Below are positions 1-9,634 of a stretch of DNA of 64,000 bases, piece after piece. The translations under genes were made by a program, and so were the position numbers. Positions within the stretch are counted from its first letter, which is position 1; each line of letters begins with the position of its first letter. Origin of the DNA: Candidatus Aminicenantes bacterium (GTDB lineage Bacteria > Acidobacteriota > Aminicenantia > Aminicenantales > JAFGBC01); assembly GCA_963702005.1 (NCBI GenBank), contig OY969696.1, positions 1,408,001-1,472,000 on the forward strand, written 5' to 3'. The notes under the pieces were generated by a model that saw nothing but the letters and a program-made list of their open reading frames with translations, was not told the origin of the DNA and did not search any database.

Positions 1-828
1 ACGGGCGGGTCGGGCCGGCTCCACATTCAGGACTTCATGACGACAAACCACTACGGCGCCACCGGAGACGGACTCGTGTTGGGCTACCGTGCCGGAGTGC
101 CCCTGAAATTCCTGCACACCGTCCAGTACCATCCGACGGGGGCTGTCTTCCCCGAACAGGCTGAAGGTCTTCTCATCACCGAGAAGTTTCGGGGGGCGGG
201 GGCCAATGTCCTCAACATCGACGGCGAGCAGTTCGTTTACGAGCGCGAGCCCCGCGACGTCGAGTCCGCGGCCTTCATCCGCGAGTGCCTGGAACGGGGC
301 AAGGGCGTTCCGACACCGACCGGAAAATTCGGCGTCTGGCTGGACTCGCCCATGATCGACGTCCTCAAGGGCGAGGGCACGGTCCGCAGGGAATTCCCCG
401 GCAAATGGATCCTCTTCCACCGCTACGGGATCGACATCACCAAGGAGCCGATGCTCGTCTATCCGACGCTTCACTATCAGAACGGAGGCCTCCAGATCAA
501 CCGCCGGACCGAGACCGTCGTCCCCGGCCTCTTCGGAGCCGGGGAGGTCAGCGGCGGCATCCACGGCGAGAACCGCCTGATGGGCAATTCTCTGCTCGAC
601 GTCGTCGTCTTCGGCCGGATCGCCGGCTGCGCCGCCGCCGAGTTCGCGAAATCGGCCACCAAGGACGGCGCCCCATCTCTCGACCACGTTCGGGCGTATC
701 ACAAAGCGCTCGCTGAGGCCCGTATCGTCGTCGACAGCCGGGTCGCGCCGATGCTCCTGCCGGACTACTCGAACCCCGACGTCCGGAAAAAACAATTGAC
801 GACGAGCTATCACGGAACGCTGCGGTAA
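1..828 (+). CDS. Fumarate reductase/succinate dehydrogenase-like flavoprotein subunit (5' end outside window)
   Basis: Frame is open from base 1 (TGGSGRLH...). Motifs TGDG, QYHPT, TE.FRG.G, PRD, HYQNGG, GEVSGGIHGENRLMGNSL are typical of the FAD_binding_2 SdhA/FrdA family. Confidence 0.85.
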   Translation, partial: TGGSGRLHIQDFMTTNHYGATGDGLVLGYRAGVPLKFLHTVQYHPTGAVFPEQAEGLLITEKFRGAGANVLNIDGEQFVYEREPRDVESAAFIRECLERGKGVPTPTGKFGVWLDSPMIDVLKGEGTVRREFPGKWILFHRYGIDITKEPMLVYPTLHYQNGGLQINRRTETVVPGLFGAGEVSGGIHGENRLMGNSLLDVVVFGRIAGCAAAEFAKSATKDGAPSLDHVRAYHKALAEARIVVDSRVAPMLLPDYSNPDVRKKQLTTSYHGTLR

Positions 829-848
829 TCCATGAACGAGGTTCAGCC

Positions 849-1127
849 ATGCCCGTAAGGCAAAGAGAAAAACCGTTCGGGCTTCCCAAACCGGAAACCC
901 CTCACGGGGAGATCGTCATCCTTGAAGAGCGCTGCAAGGGCTGCAGCTTCTGCATCGAGTACTGCCCGCACGACGTGCTGGTCATTTCGACGAAGTTCAA
1001 CGCTAAGGGCTACCACCCGCCGGAAATCCAGAAGTCCGACCTCTGCGTCAACTGCGGCTTTTGCCGGATGATCTGTCCGGAGTTCGCCATCTACACCTAC
1101 GAGCTCAAGACTGGGGAAAAACCATGA
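849..1127 (+). CDS. korD: 2x[4Fe-4S] ferredoxin, delta subunit of 2-oxoacid:ferredoxin oxidoreductase
   Basis: Two CxxCxxCxxxCP motifs; ATGA overlap with the alpha subunit. Confidence 0.85.
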   Translation: MPVRQREKPFGLPKPETPHGEIVILEERCKGCSFCIEYCPHDVLVISTKFNAKGYHPPEIQKSDLCVNCGFCRMICPEFAIYTYELKTGEKP

Positions 1128-2293
1128 AAGCCGATCCCAAAGGTGTTCTTACGGGATCCCATTACCTCGACGGCGACCACGCCTGTTGCGAGGGCGCTCT
1201 GGCCGCCGGCTGCCGGTTCATCGCAGGTTATCCGATTACCCCGTCGACCGAGGTTGTCGAACGGTTCGCCCGGCGCGCCCCGTTGGTGGAAGGAGCGCTC
1301 TTCATCCAAATGGAGGACGAGCTGGCCGCTTCGATCGCCATCCAGGGCGCCGTCTGGGCCGGCAAAAAGGCCATGACCGTGACCAGCGGGCCCGGCTTCT
1401 CCCTGATGATGGAGCACATCGGCCTGGCAGCCATGACGGAGACGCCGTGCGTTTTCGTCGACGTCCAGCGCGGCGGTCCGTCCACGGGTCTGCCCACGCT
1501 TCCCGGCCAGGCCGACATGCTGCAGGCCCGCTGGGGCTCCCACGGCGATTACGAGATCATCGCCATCTCGCCCAACTCGCCCCAGGAAAGCTTCGACCTG
1601 ACGATCGACGCCTTCAATCTTTCGGAGCAGTACCGGGTACCGGTCATGTTCATGATGGACGAATGCGTCGGCCACATGATGGAGCGGGTCGTCATCCCCA
1701 AGGCCGATCAAATCGAGGTCACCCCCCGCCGGTACACGAAGCTGCCGCCGGGGGAGTACCTGCCGTTCAAGCCCGGCGAGGACCTCGTGCCGGATATGTT
1801 CAAGGCCGGAGACGGCTACCGGCTCCACGTGACCGGGCTGACCCACGACTATCGGGGCTACCCGGTCATGAGCGCCGAGGTCCAGGAGCAACTCGTCCAT
1901 CGGCTGGTCGACAAGATCCGCCTCAACGCCCCGAAGATCTGGCGCTACGAGGAGCACAACGTCGCCGACGCCGACGTCGTCATCGTTTCCTACGGGATCA
2001 CCTCCCGCGTCGCCGTCGAGGCGATCGAGGTCGCCCGGAGCCAGGGCATCAAGGTCGGAATGCTGCGCCTGATCGTCGTCTGGCCCTTCCCCGAAAAGCG
2101 CATCTTCGAGCTCGCGAGCCAGGGCAAGGCCATAGTCGTGGCCGAGATGAACTACGGCCAGGTCTTTTACGAAGTGGACCGCGCCGCCCGGGGAAAGGCC
2201 CCGGTCGTCCTGGCCGGGCACGGCGGCGGTACGGTTCACAACATCGAGGACATTGCCAAGAAAATCGAGGAGGCGTACCGGTGTCAGTCCTAA
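1124..2293 (+). CDS. korA: 2-oxoacid (2-oxoglutarate):ferredoxin oxidoreductase alpha subunit
   Basis: AGYPITPSTE, QMEDE, TSGPGFSLM, QRGGPSTGLPT motifs; ATG at 1124. Confidence 0.92.
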   Translation: MKADPKGVLTGSHYLDGDHACCEGALAAGCRFIAGYPITPSTEVVERFARRAPLVEGALFIQMEDELAASIAIQGAVWAGKKAMTVTSGPGFSLMMEHIGLAAMTETPCVFVDVQRGGPSTGLPTLPGQADMLQARWGSHGDYEIIAISPNSPQESFDLTIDAFNLSEQYRVPVMFMMDECVGHMMERVVIPKADQIEVTPRRYTKLPPGEYLPFKPGEDLVPDMFKAGDGYRLHVTGLTHDYRGYPVMSAEVQEQLVHRLVDKIRLNAPKIWRYEEHNVADADVVIVSYGITSRVAVEAIEVARSQGIKVGMLRLIVVWPFPEKRIFELASQGKAIVVAEMNYGQVFYEVDRAARGKAPVVLAGHGGGTVHNIEDIAKKIEEAYRCQS

Positions 2294-3180
2294 ACGAACT
2301 CGAAAAAGCGTCTTTGAGCCCGGGCCCGGATTTCCAGCCTGAAAAGCACCCGATGGACGATTTCCTACGGATGGACCGGATGCCCCACATCTGGTGCTCG
2401 ACCTGCGGCATCGGCGTCAGCGTCAACTGCTTTGCCAAGGCCCTTGAGAAGCTGGCCATGCCGCTGGACGATGTCGTCGTCGTCTCGGGCATCGGCTGCA
2501 CCGGCCGCGTCGCCGGCTATATCAAAGTCGATTCCTTCCACACGACTCACGGCCGGGCCATCCCTTTCGCGACCGGGCTGAAGCTGGCCAACCCCAAGCT
2601 CAAGGTCATTGTCTTCAGCGGGGACGGCGACATCATCGCCATCGGCGGCAACCACTTCATCAACGCCGCGCGGCGGAATATAGACATCACGGTCATCTGC
2701 ATCAACAACTTCAACTACGCCATGACGGGCGGACAGCTGGCCTCGACGACACCTGAAGGGTCGATTCTCTCCACGTCGCCCTACGGCAGCTTCGAATTCC
2801 CCTTCAATCTGCCCTTCCTGGCGGAGTCGGTCGGGGCGGTCTATGTCGCCCGATGGACGTCCCTCCACGTCTACAACCAGACGAACTCCATGATCGAGGC
2901 CATGAAAAAGCCCGGCTTTTCGTTCATCGAGATTGTGGCCCCCTGCCCGACGATCTTCGAACGCCAACAGAAGATGGGAGACGGTCTCGACCGGCTGCGC
3001 TGGTACTGCGAAAACAGCGAGATCCGCCATGACGCCGGGACCAAGGAGGCCGACATCCGCCTCCGCGACAAGTTGATCGTCGGCAAGTTCGTGGACAAGG
3101 AACGGCCGACCTACCTCGAGGCGATGAACGCGCACTACCAGGAACGCCTCGGTCCGAAGTACAAGGTCTACGAGGGATAA
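2281..3180 (+). CDS. korB: 2-oxoacid:ferredoxin oxidoreductase beta subunit
   Basis: WCSTCG, VSGIGC, HGRA and the TPP-binding GDGD...NN motif; GTG start after a GAGGAGG SD. Confidence 0.92.
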   Translation: MSVLNELEKASLSPGPDFQPEKHPMDDFLRMDRMPHIWCSTCGIGVSVNCFAKALEKLAMPLDDVVVVSGIGCTGRVAGYIKVDSFHTTHGRAIPFATGLKLANPKLKVIVFSGDGDIIAIGGNHFINAARRNIDITVICINNFNYAMTGGQLASTTPEGSILSTSPYGSFEFPFNLPFLAESVGAVYVARWTSLHVYNQTNSMIEAMKKPGFSFIEIVAPCPTIFERQQKMGDGLDRLRWYCENSEIRHDAGTKEADIRLRDKLIVGKFVDKERPTYLEAMNAHYQERLGPKYKVYEG

Positions 3181-3181
3181 C

Positions 3182-3733
3182 ATGGCCAAGACGGAGATCA
3201 AGATCGGCGGGTTCGGCGGCCAGGGTGTCATCCTGACCGGATACATCATCGGTAAAGCCGCTTCGCTTTATGACGGTAAAGATGCCACCATGACGCAGGC
3301 CTTCGGGCCGGAGGCCCGGGGCAGCTCCTGCAGCGCGCAGGTCATCGTCTCCGACGGCGCCATCCGCTATCCCTACGTCAAGAAGCCCCAGGTCATGGTC
3401 ATCATGAGCCAGGAGGCGTACACCAAGTTCTCTCCCGAGCTTGACCCGAACGGGATGGTCCTCATCGAGGAAGAGCTTGTGGACCCTAAGGGGCTCCCCG
3501 CGACGGTCAAAGTCTACGGCATCCCGGCCACCCGGATCGCCGAGGAGCTCGGCCGCAAGGTCGTCCTCAACATGGTCATGGCCGGCTTCTTCACGGCGAT
3601 GAGCGGCCTCATCTCCAAGGACGCCATGCGCAAGGCGATCGAGACCTCCGTGCCGAAGGGCACGGAGGGTCTCAACCTGCTGGCCTTTGAGAAAGGCTAC
3701 GAGTACGGCCTGGGCAAGGCCCAGGTCCATTAA
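3182..3733 (+). CDS. korC: 2-oxoacid:ferredoxin oxidoreductase gamma subunit
   Basis: GGFGGQGV, GPEARG and NMVMAG motifs. Confidence 0.92.
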   Translation: MAKTEIKIGGFGGQGVILTGYIIGKAASLYDGKDATMTQAFGPEARGSSCSAQVIVSDGAIRYPYVKKPQVMVIMSQEAYTKFSPELDPNGMVLIEEELVDPKGLPATVKVYGIPATRIAEELGRKVVLNMVMAGFFTAMSGLISKDAMRKAIETSVPKGTEGLNLLAFEKGYEYGLGKAQVH

Positions 3734-3769
3734 TCCACCGGCGGGCGCCGGGCTTATGGAGGGACAATC

Positions 3770-5380
3770 ATGCCGGACTTCATCTTCACGCCCCTGTTTC
3801 CCCAGGGACCGGACACGACCGATTATGAACGGATCGGCCGGGACCACGTCTCGACCTCCGTTTTTGATGGCCGGACCGTCCTCAAGGTCGCCCCGGATGG
3901 CCTGACATTTCTGGCCGAACGGGCCTTTCGCGACGTGGCGTTCCTGCTCCGGCCGTCCCACCTGAAGCAGCTGACCGGGATCCTCCAGGATCCCGAGAGC
4001 TCGGCCAACGACCGCTATGTCGCCCTGGAGCTGTTGAAAAACGCCGTCATCTCGGCCGAGGGCCTGTTCCCGATGTGCCAGGACACGGGGACGGCCATCA
4101 TCAACGCCAAGAAAGGCCAGGCTGTCTTTACGGGCGGCGGCGACGAGGAGGCCCTCTCCCGCGGCGTCTTCAACGCCTACGCCAAGAACTATTTCCGGTA
4201 TTCCCAGAACTCCCCGCTCACGATGTATGACGAGAAGAACACCGGCACGAACCTGCCTGCCCAAATCGACATCTCCGCCGTAGCCGGCGACGAATACGAT
4301 TTCCTGTTCATCGCCAAAGGGGGAGGCTCCGCCAACAAGACCTACCTCTTCCAGGAAACCAAGGCCGTCCTCAACCCGGACGCCCTGACGAAATTCCTGG
4401 TCGGCAAAATGAAGGCCATCGGCACGGCGGCCTGCCCGCCCTATCATCTGGCGGTCGTGGTCGGCGGGACTTCGGCCGAGCTCGTCCTCAAAACCGTGAA
4501 GCTGGCCTCGGCCCGCTATCTCGACCGCCTGCCGACGGCGGGCGGGCCGGGCGGGCACGCCTTCCGCGATCTCGAGCTCGAGGCGCAGTTGCTTGAGGCG
4601 TCCCGCAAGATCGGCCTGGGCGCCCAGTTCGGCGGGAAATATTTCTGCCTCGACGTCCGGGTCATCCGCCTGCCCCGGCACGGCGCCTCCTGCCCGATCG
4701 GCATGGGCGTCAGCTGCAACGCCGACCGGAACGTCAAGGGCAAGATCAGCCGCGACGGAATTTTCCTGGAGCGGCTCGAAACCGATCCGGCCCAATATCT
4801 TCCCCAGCCGGCCGAAACCGAAGCGCCCGCGGTCCCCATCGACCTCAACCGGCCGATGGGCGAGATCCGCGCGACGCTCTCCAAGTTCCCGGTGGCGACG
4901 CGGCTTTCGCTCAGCGGCCCCATCATCGTGGCCCGCGATATCGCCCATGCCAAGCTCAAAGAGAAAATCGACAAGGGCGAGGACCTGCCGGCCTATTTCA
5001 AGGACCACGTCATTTACTACGCCGGCCCGGCTAAAACCCCGCCCGGATTCCCGTCCGGATCGTTCGGCCCGACCACGGCCGGCCGCATGGACGATTACGT
5101 GCCGCTCTTCCAGAAAATGGGGGGGTCGCTGGTCATGCTGGCCAAGGGCAACCGGTCGAAGGGCGTCACGGAGTCGTGCAAGGCCAACGGCGGGTTTTAC
5201 CTGGGCTCGATCGGCGGACCAGCCGCCCGGCTGGCCAAGGACTGCATCACGAGCCAGGAAGTCGTCGCCTATCCCGAGCTGGGCATGGAAGCCATTTTCA
5301 AGATCACGGTCAAGAACTTCCCGGCCTTCGTTCTCGTCGACGACAAGGGGAACGATTTCTACGAGAAGATTGTCTCCTGA
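3770..5380 (+). CDS. fumA: Class I Fe-S fumarate hydratase
   Basis: [35 protein letters not shown] motifs; 536 aa. Confidence 0.95.
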   Translation: MPDFIFTPLFPQGPDTTDYERIGRDHVSTSVFDGRTVLKVAPDGLTFLAERAFRDVAFLLRPSHLKQLTGILQDPESSANDRYVALELLKNAVISAEGLFPMCQDTGTAIINAKKGQAVFTGGGDEEALSRGVFNAYAKNYFRYSQNSPLTMYDEKNTGTNLPAQIDISAVAGDEYDFLFIAKGGGSANKTYLFQETKAVLNPDALTKFLVGKMKAIGTAACPPYHLAVVVGGTSAELVLKTVKLASARYLDRLPTAGGPGGHAFRDLELEAQLLEASRKIGLGAQFGGKYFCLDVRVIRLPRHGASCPIGMGVSCNADRNVKGKISRDGIFLERLETDPAQYLPQPAETEAPAVPIDLNRPMGEIRATLSKFPVATRLSLSGPIIVARDIAHAKLKEKIDKGEDLPAYFKDHVIYYAGPAKTPPGFPSGSFGPTTAGRMDDYVPLFQKMGGSLVMLAKGNRSKGVTESCKANGGFYLGSIGGPAARLAKDCITSQEVVAYPELGMEAIFKITVKNFPAFVLVDDKGNDFYEKIVS

Positions 5381-5412
5381 TTCTGCTCCCCACAGGATTG
5401 AGGAGAATAATT

Positions 5413-5490
5413 ATGAAAAAGGAAAAACATTATATTTTGACCGTTGATGCTTTTGAGATTAGTTTGGAAAAAAGCCGTAAGAACACCTAA
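5413..5490 (+). CDS. Possible 25-aa small ORF or gene stub upstream of aor
   Basis: GAGGAGA SD upstream of the ATG; MKKEKHYILTVDAFEISLEKSRKNT; stop is 2 nt before the aor GTG; AT-rich. Confidence 0.3.
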   Translation: MKKEKHYILTVDAFEISLEKSRKNT

Positions 5491-5492
5491 TC

Positions 5493-7229
5493 GTGAAAGG
5501 CGTTTTCCATAGGCTGCTACGTATTAATCTGACAGAAAACGCTTATCTGTATGAAAATATCCCGGATGAGTTCCTGGCCTGCACGCTGGGCGGCAAGGGA
5601 TTGGGAACGGCGCTCCTGCTGGCCGAAACTCCGCCGGGCGTCGATCCCCTTTCGCCCGAGAACAGATTCATCCTGACGACCGGCCCCGCCACCGGCACCG
5701 CGATGTGGGGGCAATCCCGCTTCGGGGCGTACGCTAAAAGCCCGGCGACAGGGGGATTCGCCGAATCTTACTGCGGAGGGACGCTCGCCCCGAGGATCAA
5801 GGGTTGCGGCATCGACGCCGTGATTCTGGAGGGGCGGTGTCCATCGCTGACATTCGTGGTTGTTGACGAAGGCGGGGCTGTCTTCCGCGACGCGGCGCCC
5901 TATCGAGGCTGGACGACGGACCGGGCCGAGGAAGCCCTTCTGGCCGCCTCCCCGGCCGGCGCGCGGGCCATGACGATAGGTCCGGCGGGCGAAAACGGCG
6001 TTCGGTTCGCCTGCGTCAAGTCCGATCGCTGGCGCAGCCTGGGCCGCTGCGGCCTGGGCGCCGTCCTCGGCGCTAAAAACGTCAAGGGGATCTCCTTTGC
6101 CGGAAACCGGAAGGCGGACATCGCCGACCCGGACCTGATGCGCCGGACCATCCGGGCCATCGCGCAAAAGGGGAAGCGGCATCCGGCCACGGCCCTCTAC
6201 CGAAAGTACGGCACGCCGATGCAGGTTGCGATCACCAACGGCCAGAACTGTTTTCCAACTCGCTACTGGCAGTCCGGCCGCTTCTCCAAATGGGAGAGCC
6301 TCTCGGCCGAATACATGGTCGAAAATTTTGAGGTCGCTGCCCACCCCTGCCCGGACTGCTTCCTGCAGTGCACGAAGCTCTGCCGGGTCAGACGCGGCCG
6401 CCATGCCGGGCTGACGCTCGAAGGGCCCGAGTACGAGACGATCTATGCGTTGGGCGGGCTCAACGAAGTGGACAGCCTGGAGGAGGTGGCCTGGCTCAAC
6501 GACGTCTGCGACAAGCTCGGCCTGGATACGATGAGCGCGGGGAACATCTCCGCCTTCGCCGTCGAGGCGAGAAAGCGGGGCCGGCTCGGCTGGGATATTG
6601 ACTACAATCAACCCGACCGGATGGCCGAGCTCTTTGGACTGATCGCCGCGGGCGAGGGCGTAGGCGCGGTCCTGGGACAGGGGATCAAGCGGGCGTCCGC
6701 GGAGTTAGGTCTCGAGGACTTGGCCGTCCACGTCAAGGGGCTCGAGCCGGCGGGTTTCGAGCCCAGGGTTCTCAAGGGTATGGCTCTGGCCTACGCCACG
6801 GCGGCCCGCGGCGCTTGCCACCTGAGGGGAACGTTTTATAAGGCCGAGTTGGCCGGCTTGGTCGACAAGGACATGATCCGGGGGAAAGCCGCTCACTTCG
6901 TGGACTATGAGGACAGAGCCGCCCTGTTCGACAGCCTGATTCTCTGCCGTTTCTTCCGGGACATCATCCTTTGGGACGAGCTCGCGGCGATCCTGGCGGG
7001 CGCCACGGGTCTGATTCTCTCTAAAACGGAGCTCGAAATCTTGGCCAACGACATCACTCAACAAACCCGGTTTTTCAACGCCCGCGAGGGTCTGGCCGAG
7101 TCCGAAGACCGTCTGCCGGCCAGGTTCCTCCGTGAGAAGACGGCCGAGGGCGCCGGGTTGCTCCCGGAGGAATTGGCCATTATGCTCGAAGAGTATAATG
7201 CGCTACGGCGCGGCCGCCAACTTTCTTGA
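5493..7229 (+). CDS. aor: Aldehyde:ferredoxin oxidoreductase (tungsten-pterin AOR family)
   Basis: LGGKGLG, KSPATG, IGPAGEN, GAKNVK, CxxCxxxC, GPEYET, LGLDTMS, RGACH motifs. Confidence 0.92.
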   Translation: MKGVFHRLLRINLTENAYLYENIPDEFLACTLGGKGLGTALLLAETPPGVDPLSPENRFILTTGPATGTAMWGQSRFGAYAKSPATGGFAESYCGGTLAPRIKGCGIDAVILEGRCPSLTFVVVDEGGAVFRDAAPYRGWTTDRAEEALLAASPAGARAMTIGPAGENGVRFACVKSDRWRSLGRCGLGAVLGAKNVKGISFAGNRKADIADPDLMRRTIRAIAQKGKRHPATALYRKYGTPMQVAITNGQNCFPTRYWQSGRFSKWESLSAEYMVENFEVAAHPCPDCFLQCTKLCRVRRGRHAGLTLEGPEYETIYALGGLNEVDSLEEVAWLNDVCDKLGLDTMSAGNISAFAVEARKRGRLGWDIDYNQPDRMAELFGLIAAGEGVGAVLGQGIKRASAELGLEDLAVHVKGLEPAGFEPRVLKGMALAYATAARGACHLRGTFYKAELAGLVDKDMIRGKAAHFVDYEDRAALFDSLILCRFFRDIILWDELAAILAGATGLILSKTELEILANDITQQTRFFNAREGLAESEDRLPARFLREKTAEGAGLLPEELAIMLEEYNALRRGRQLS

Positions 7230-7320
7230 TTCGAGGCCAGGCTCCTTGGTCTCACAGACGCTGATCTTCTCGCCGATGATGGCCGGGACCGGTTTCAATT
7301 CGATTTCTCCTCGTCAACGT

Positions 7321-7833
7321 TTACTTTTGGAACGGATTCGTGTTCTTTTCCAGGTCCGTCCAGATCTCGGCTCGCCGCAGCAGAGTCTCGAGGTAGAGCC
7401 TGAGGTTGATGATCTCTTCGCCGAACGCCTTGGCGAACGGCCCGAGGCGCTTGTCCTTCTGGCAGGAAATGTCCTCTCCGCTGACGTCTAGGACGAAGGC
7501 GTTGATCTCACGTTCGACCAAGGGGCCCACAACCGATCCATCCGGATCGGGCAGGATGGAAAGCCGGAAGAGGTTGATCATACGGGAGAATTTCGAGTAG
7601 AAGATAAGGTCGATTTTCTCTTCGGCTCGGGCCTTATTGGCGTCGGTCAGGATCTGCTGGAGGGCCTTGTCAGCGTTCCCCTTCCCGTCCGTCCCGGTCT
7701 GGGCCAAGGTCTGAAACATATTGACCAGATCGTTGAGAAGGGCGTATCCGGCCTTAGCGTCGATCCTAGCCTCGGCCCCGAGATTCGCGGCCAAGGTCAG
7801 AAAACAAATCACGACGATTGTTTTACGTAACAT
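7321..7833 (-). CDS. Hypothetical secreted helical protein
   Basis: Signal peptide (MLRKTIVVICFLTLAANLGA), GAGGAGG SD, 1 nt downstream of the anti-sigma-like gene. Confidence 0.7.
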   Translation of the reverse strand: MLRKTIVVICFLTLAANLGAEARIDAKAGYALLNDLVNMFQTLAQTGTDGKGNADKALQQILTDANKARAEEKIDLIFYSKFSRMINLFRLSILPDPDGSVVGPLVEREINAFVLDVSGEDISCQKDKRLGPFAKAFGEEIINLRLYLETLLRRAEIWTDLEKNTNPFQK

Positions 7834-7834
7834 C

Positions 7835-8398
7835 TTAATTATCCTCCTCTTTCTTGAAGTATTCGGAAAAAAAAAGCTCGAGCTTATGTCCTTGGATCAG
7901 TTCCCCGATCTTTCGGTCCAGCTCTTCCACGGAAACGGGCTTTGGAGTATAGGAGGCGCTATCTCCGAGAGGCGCGGACAGGGACCTTTGAAACAGCGGG
8001 CACAGGGCCCTTTCGAAGGAATCTTCGAACGGGCTGGGCGAAGCGGCTGACAGGACGGGGGCGGAGGGCTTGTCCGCTGATGTCGGATGAAAAAGCGGGC
8101 TCCCGGCCAGGACGGTCTTGATTGTAGCGAAGGCCGTTCCTACCCGGGAGGCGCGCGAGCGGATCCAGACTCCGACCGAGACGCCTGAAACGAGGATCAG
8201 AGCCAAGCCAGCCCAGGCCAGAACACGCCGCCGTCCCGGACGCCGGGTCCGGCCGGGGCGTTCCGACTCCGAACGGATCCAGCCGCGGAGGCGCGCCTCG
8301 AAATTTGAAGCCCGGAACGTGCGGAGAGCGGAGCCGATCTCGTCCCCGACAATCGTCTCGAGTTCGGGCCCCGTCCGTTCCGTCTCAGGCTTTTGCAT
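7835..8398 (-). CDS. Putative anti-sigma factor (single TM helix)
   Basis: Overlaps the ECF sigma stop; Arg-rich stretch then one TM helix (VLAWAGLALILVSGVSVGVWI). Confidence 0.6.
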   Translation of the reverse strand: MQKPETERTGPELETIVGDEIGSALRTFRASNFEARLRGWIRSESERPGRTRRPGRRRVLAWAGLALILVSGVSVGVWIRSRASRVGTAFATIKTVLAGSPLFHPTSADKPSAPVLSAASPSPFEDSFERALCPLFQRSLSAPLGDSASYTPKPVSVEELDRKIGELIQGHKLELFFSEYFKKEEDN

Positions 8399-8930
8399 CG
8401 GCTTCCTCCTTCATCTTTCGTTCGAGGCCGGCCCGCGCCCGATTGAGCCGGGACATGACCGTTCCCTCTTTGATCTTGAGGCTCCGCGCGATCTCCCGGT
8501 AGGACAATCCTCCGTAGGTGTGCAGGACGAAAACCGCCCTGAGTTTTTCGGGAAGGTTCCGGACCGCTTCCTTGAGGGCTTGAACTCTCTCATCCCGTTC
8601 GACGGCGGGAACAGGGTCCGGGCGGAGATTGAAGCCCCGTTCATAAAAAAAAGGAAGAAGGCGGCCGAGCCTGTCCTTGCGCCTGTGGTCGACACAGGCA
8701 TTCCGGGTAATCGCGAACAGCCATTCCCGGCCGGACCCCCGGTTCGAGAGCCCGTCTAAGCTCTGGTAGGCCCTGAGATAAACCTCCTGTGTCAAATCCT
8801 CGGCGTCGGGGTAATTCTTGGCGTAGCCGAGGCAGATCCTGAAAACGGTTTCCTTGAGGGCGAGAAGCTCCTCGAAGGTTCTGGACCGTTCATCGACGGA
8901 GGGTTCCATGATCCGCATCTTCTCTCTCAT
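8385..8930 (-). CDS. ECF RNA polymerase sigma factor (start could be 8930, 8918 or 8909)
   Basis: [26 protein letters not shown]...[11 protein letters not shown] (regions 2 and 4). Confidence 0.93.
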   Translation of the reverse strand: MREKMRIMEPSVDERSRTFEELLALKETVFRICLGYAKNYPDAEDLTQEVYLRAYQSLDGLSNRGSGREWLFAITRNACVDHRRKDRLGRLLPFFYERGFNLRPDPVPAVERDERVQALKEAVRNLPEKLRAVFVLHTYGGLSYREIARSLKIKEGTVMSRLNRARAGLERKMKEEADAKA

Positions 8931-8976
8931 TGATCCAAGACGTCCAGGCCCAAAGATTATTCCATTCCGGACAGGG

Positions 8977-9069
8977 GGGGTCAAACGCCGTCCCTACGAA
9001 TTCCGGATCTATGGGACGGCCGGAGCCCCGGTTCGCTCGGATCGGCTTAAAGGTATAGGTTTGGCCCCG
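8977..9069. repeat. Structured intergenic element bounded by an inverted repeat, related to the 26523-26680 repeat
   Basis: GGGGTCAAAC (8977) ... GTTTGGCCCC (9068); internal stem GCCGTCCC/GGGACGGC. Confidence 0.5.
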
Positions 9070-9106
9070 CTTTTTTGTTATCATAGTAGCGCTGATCGGA
9101 GCAAAC

Positions 9107-9634
9107 ATGACGCGATCGACGACTGTCATTTGCATCAAGCACGGCGGCAAGACGGCCATGGCCGGCGACGGCCAGGTCTCGATGGGGGAAACCGTCCTCA
9201 AGCAGACGGCCCAGAAAATCCGCCGGCTCCACAAGGGCGCCATCCTGGCCGGTTTCGCGGGCGCGACCTCGGACGCCTTCGCCCTGTTCGCGCGCTTCGA
9301 GGCCAAGCTCGAGGAGTATCGGGGGAACCTGTCGCGAGCCGCCATCGAGCTGGCCAAGGACTGGCGCCTCGACAAGGCCCTGCGCCAGCTCCAGGCCTTG
9401 CTGATCGTGGCCGACAAGGACGGCATGTTCCTCATCTCGGGAACGGGGGACGTCGTCGAACCCGACGACGGGATCCTGGCGATCGGCTCGGGCGGGCCCT
9501 ACGCCCTGGCCGCCGCCCGCGCCCTCCTCCTCCACACCGGCCTTTCGGCCCGGGAGATCGCCCTCGAGGCCATGAAGATCAGCGCCGGGATCTGCGTCTT
9601 CACCAACGCCGAGATCACCGTGGAGGAGCTGTGA
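9107..9634 (+). CDS. hslV: ATP-dependent protease subunit HslV
   Basis: TTVICI...AGDGQV, GFAG, IGSGG.YA and ICVFTN motifs. Confidence 0.96.
   Translation: MTRSTTVICIKHGGKTAMAGDGQVSMGETVLKQTAQKIRRLHKGAILAGFAGATSDAFALFARFEAKLEEYRGNLSRAAIELAKDWRLDKALRQLQALLIVADKDGMFLISGTGDVVEPDDGILAIGSGGPYALAAARALLLHTGLSAREIALEAMKISAGICVFTNAEITVEEL

Noticed and set aside
1186-2280. Long N-terminal extensions in the ORF track (korB 1186, hslU 8854, msbA 40538, UDG 44842, pilP 53505, pilO 54155)
   Set aside because: They overlap upstream genes in other frames; internal starts with SD or stop-start coupling fit better.
9107-9124. HslV beginning MTRSTT rather than MTT
   Set aside because: Short propeptides before the catalytic Thr are known in HslV/CodW proteins.
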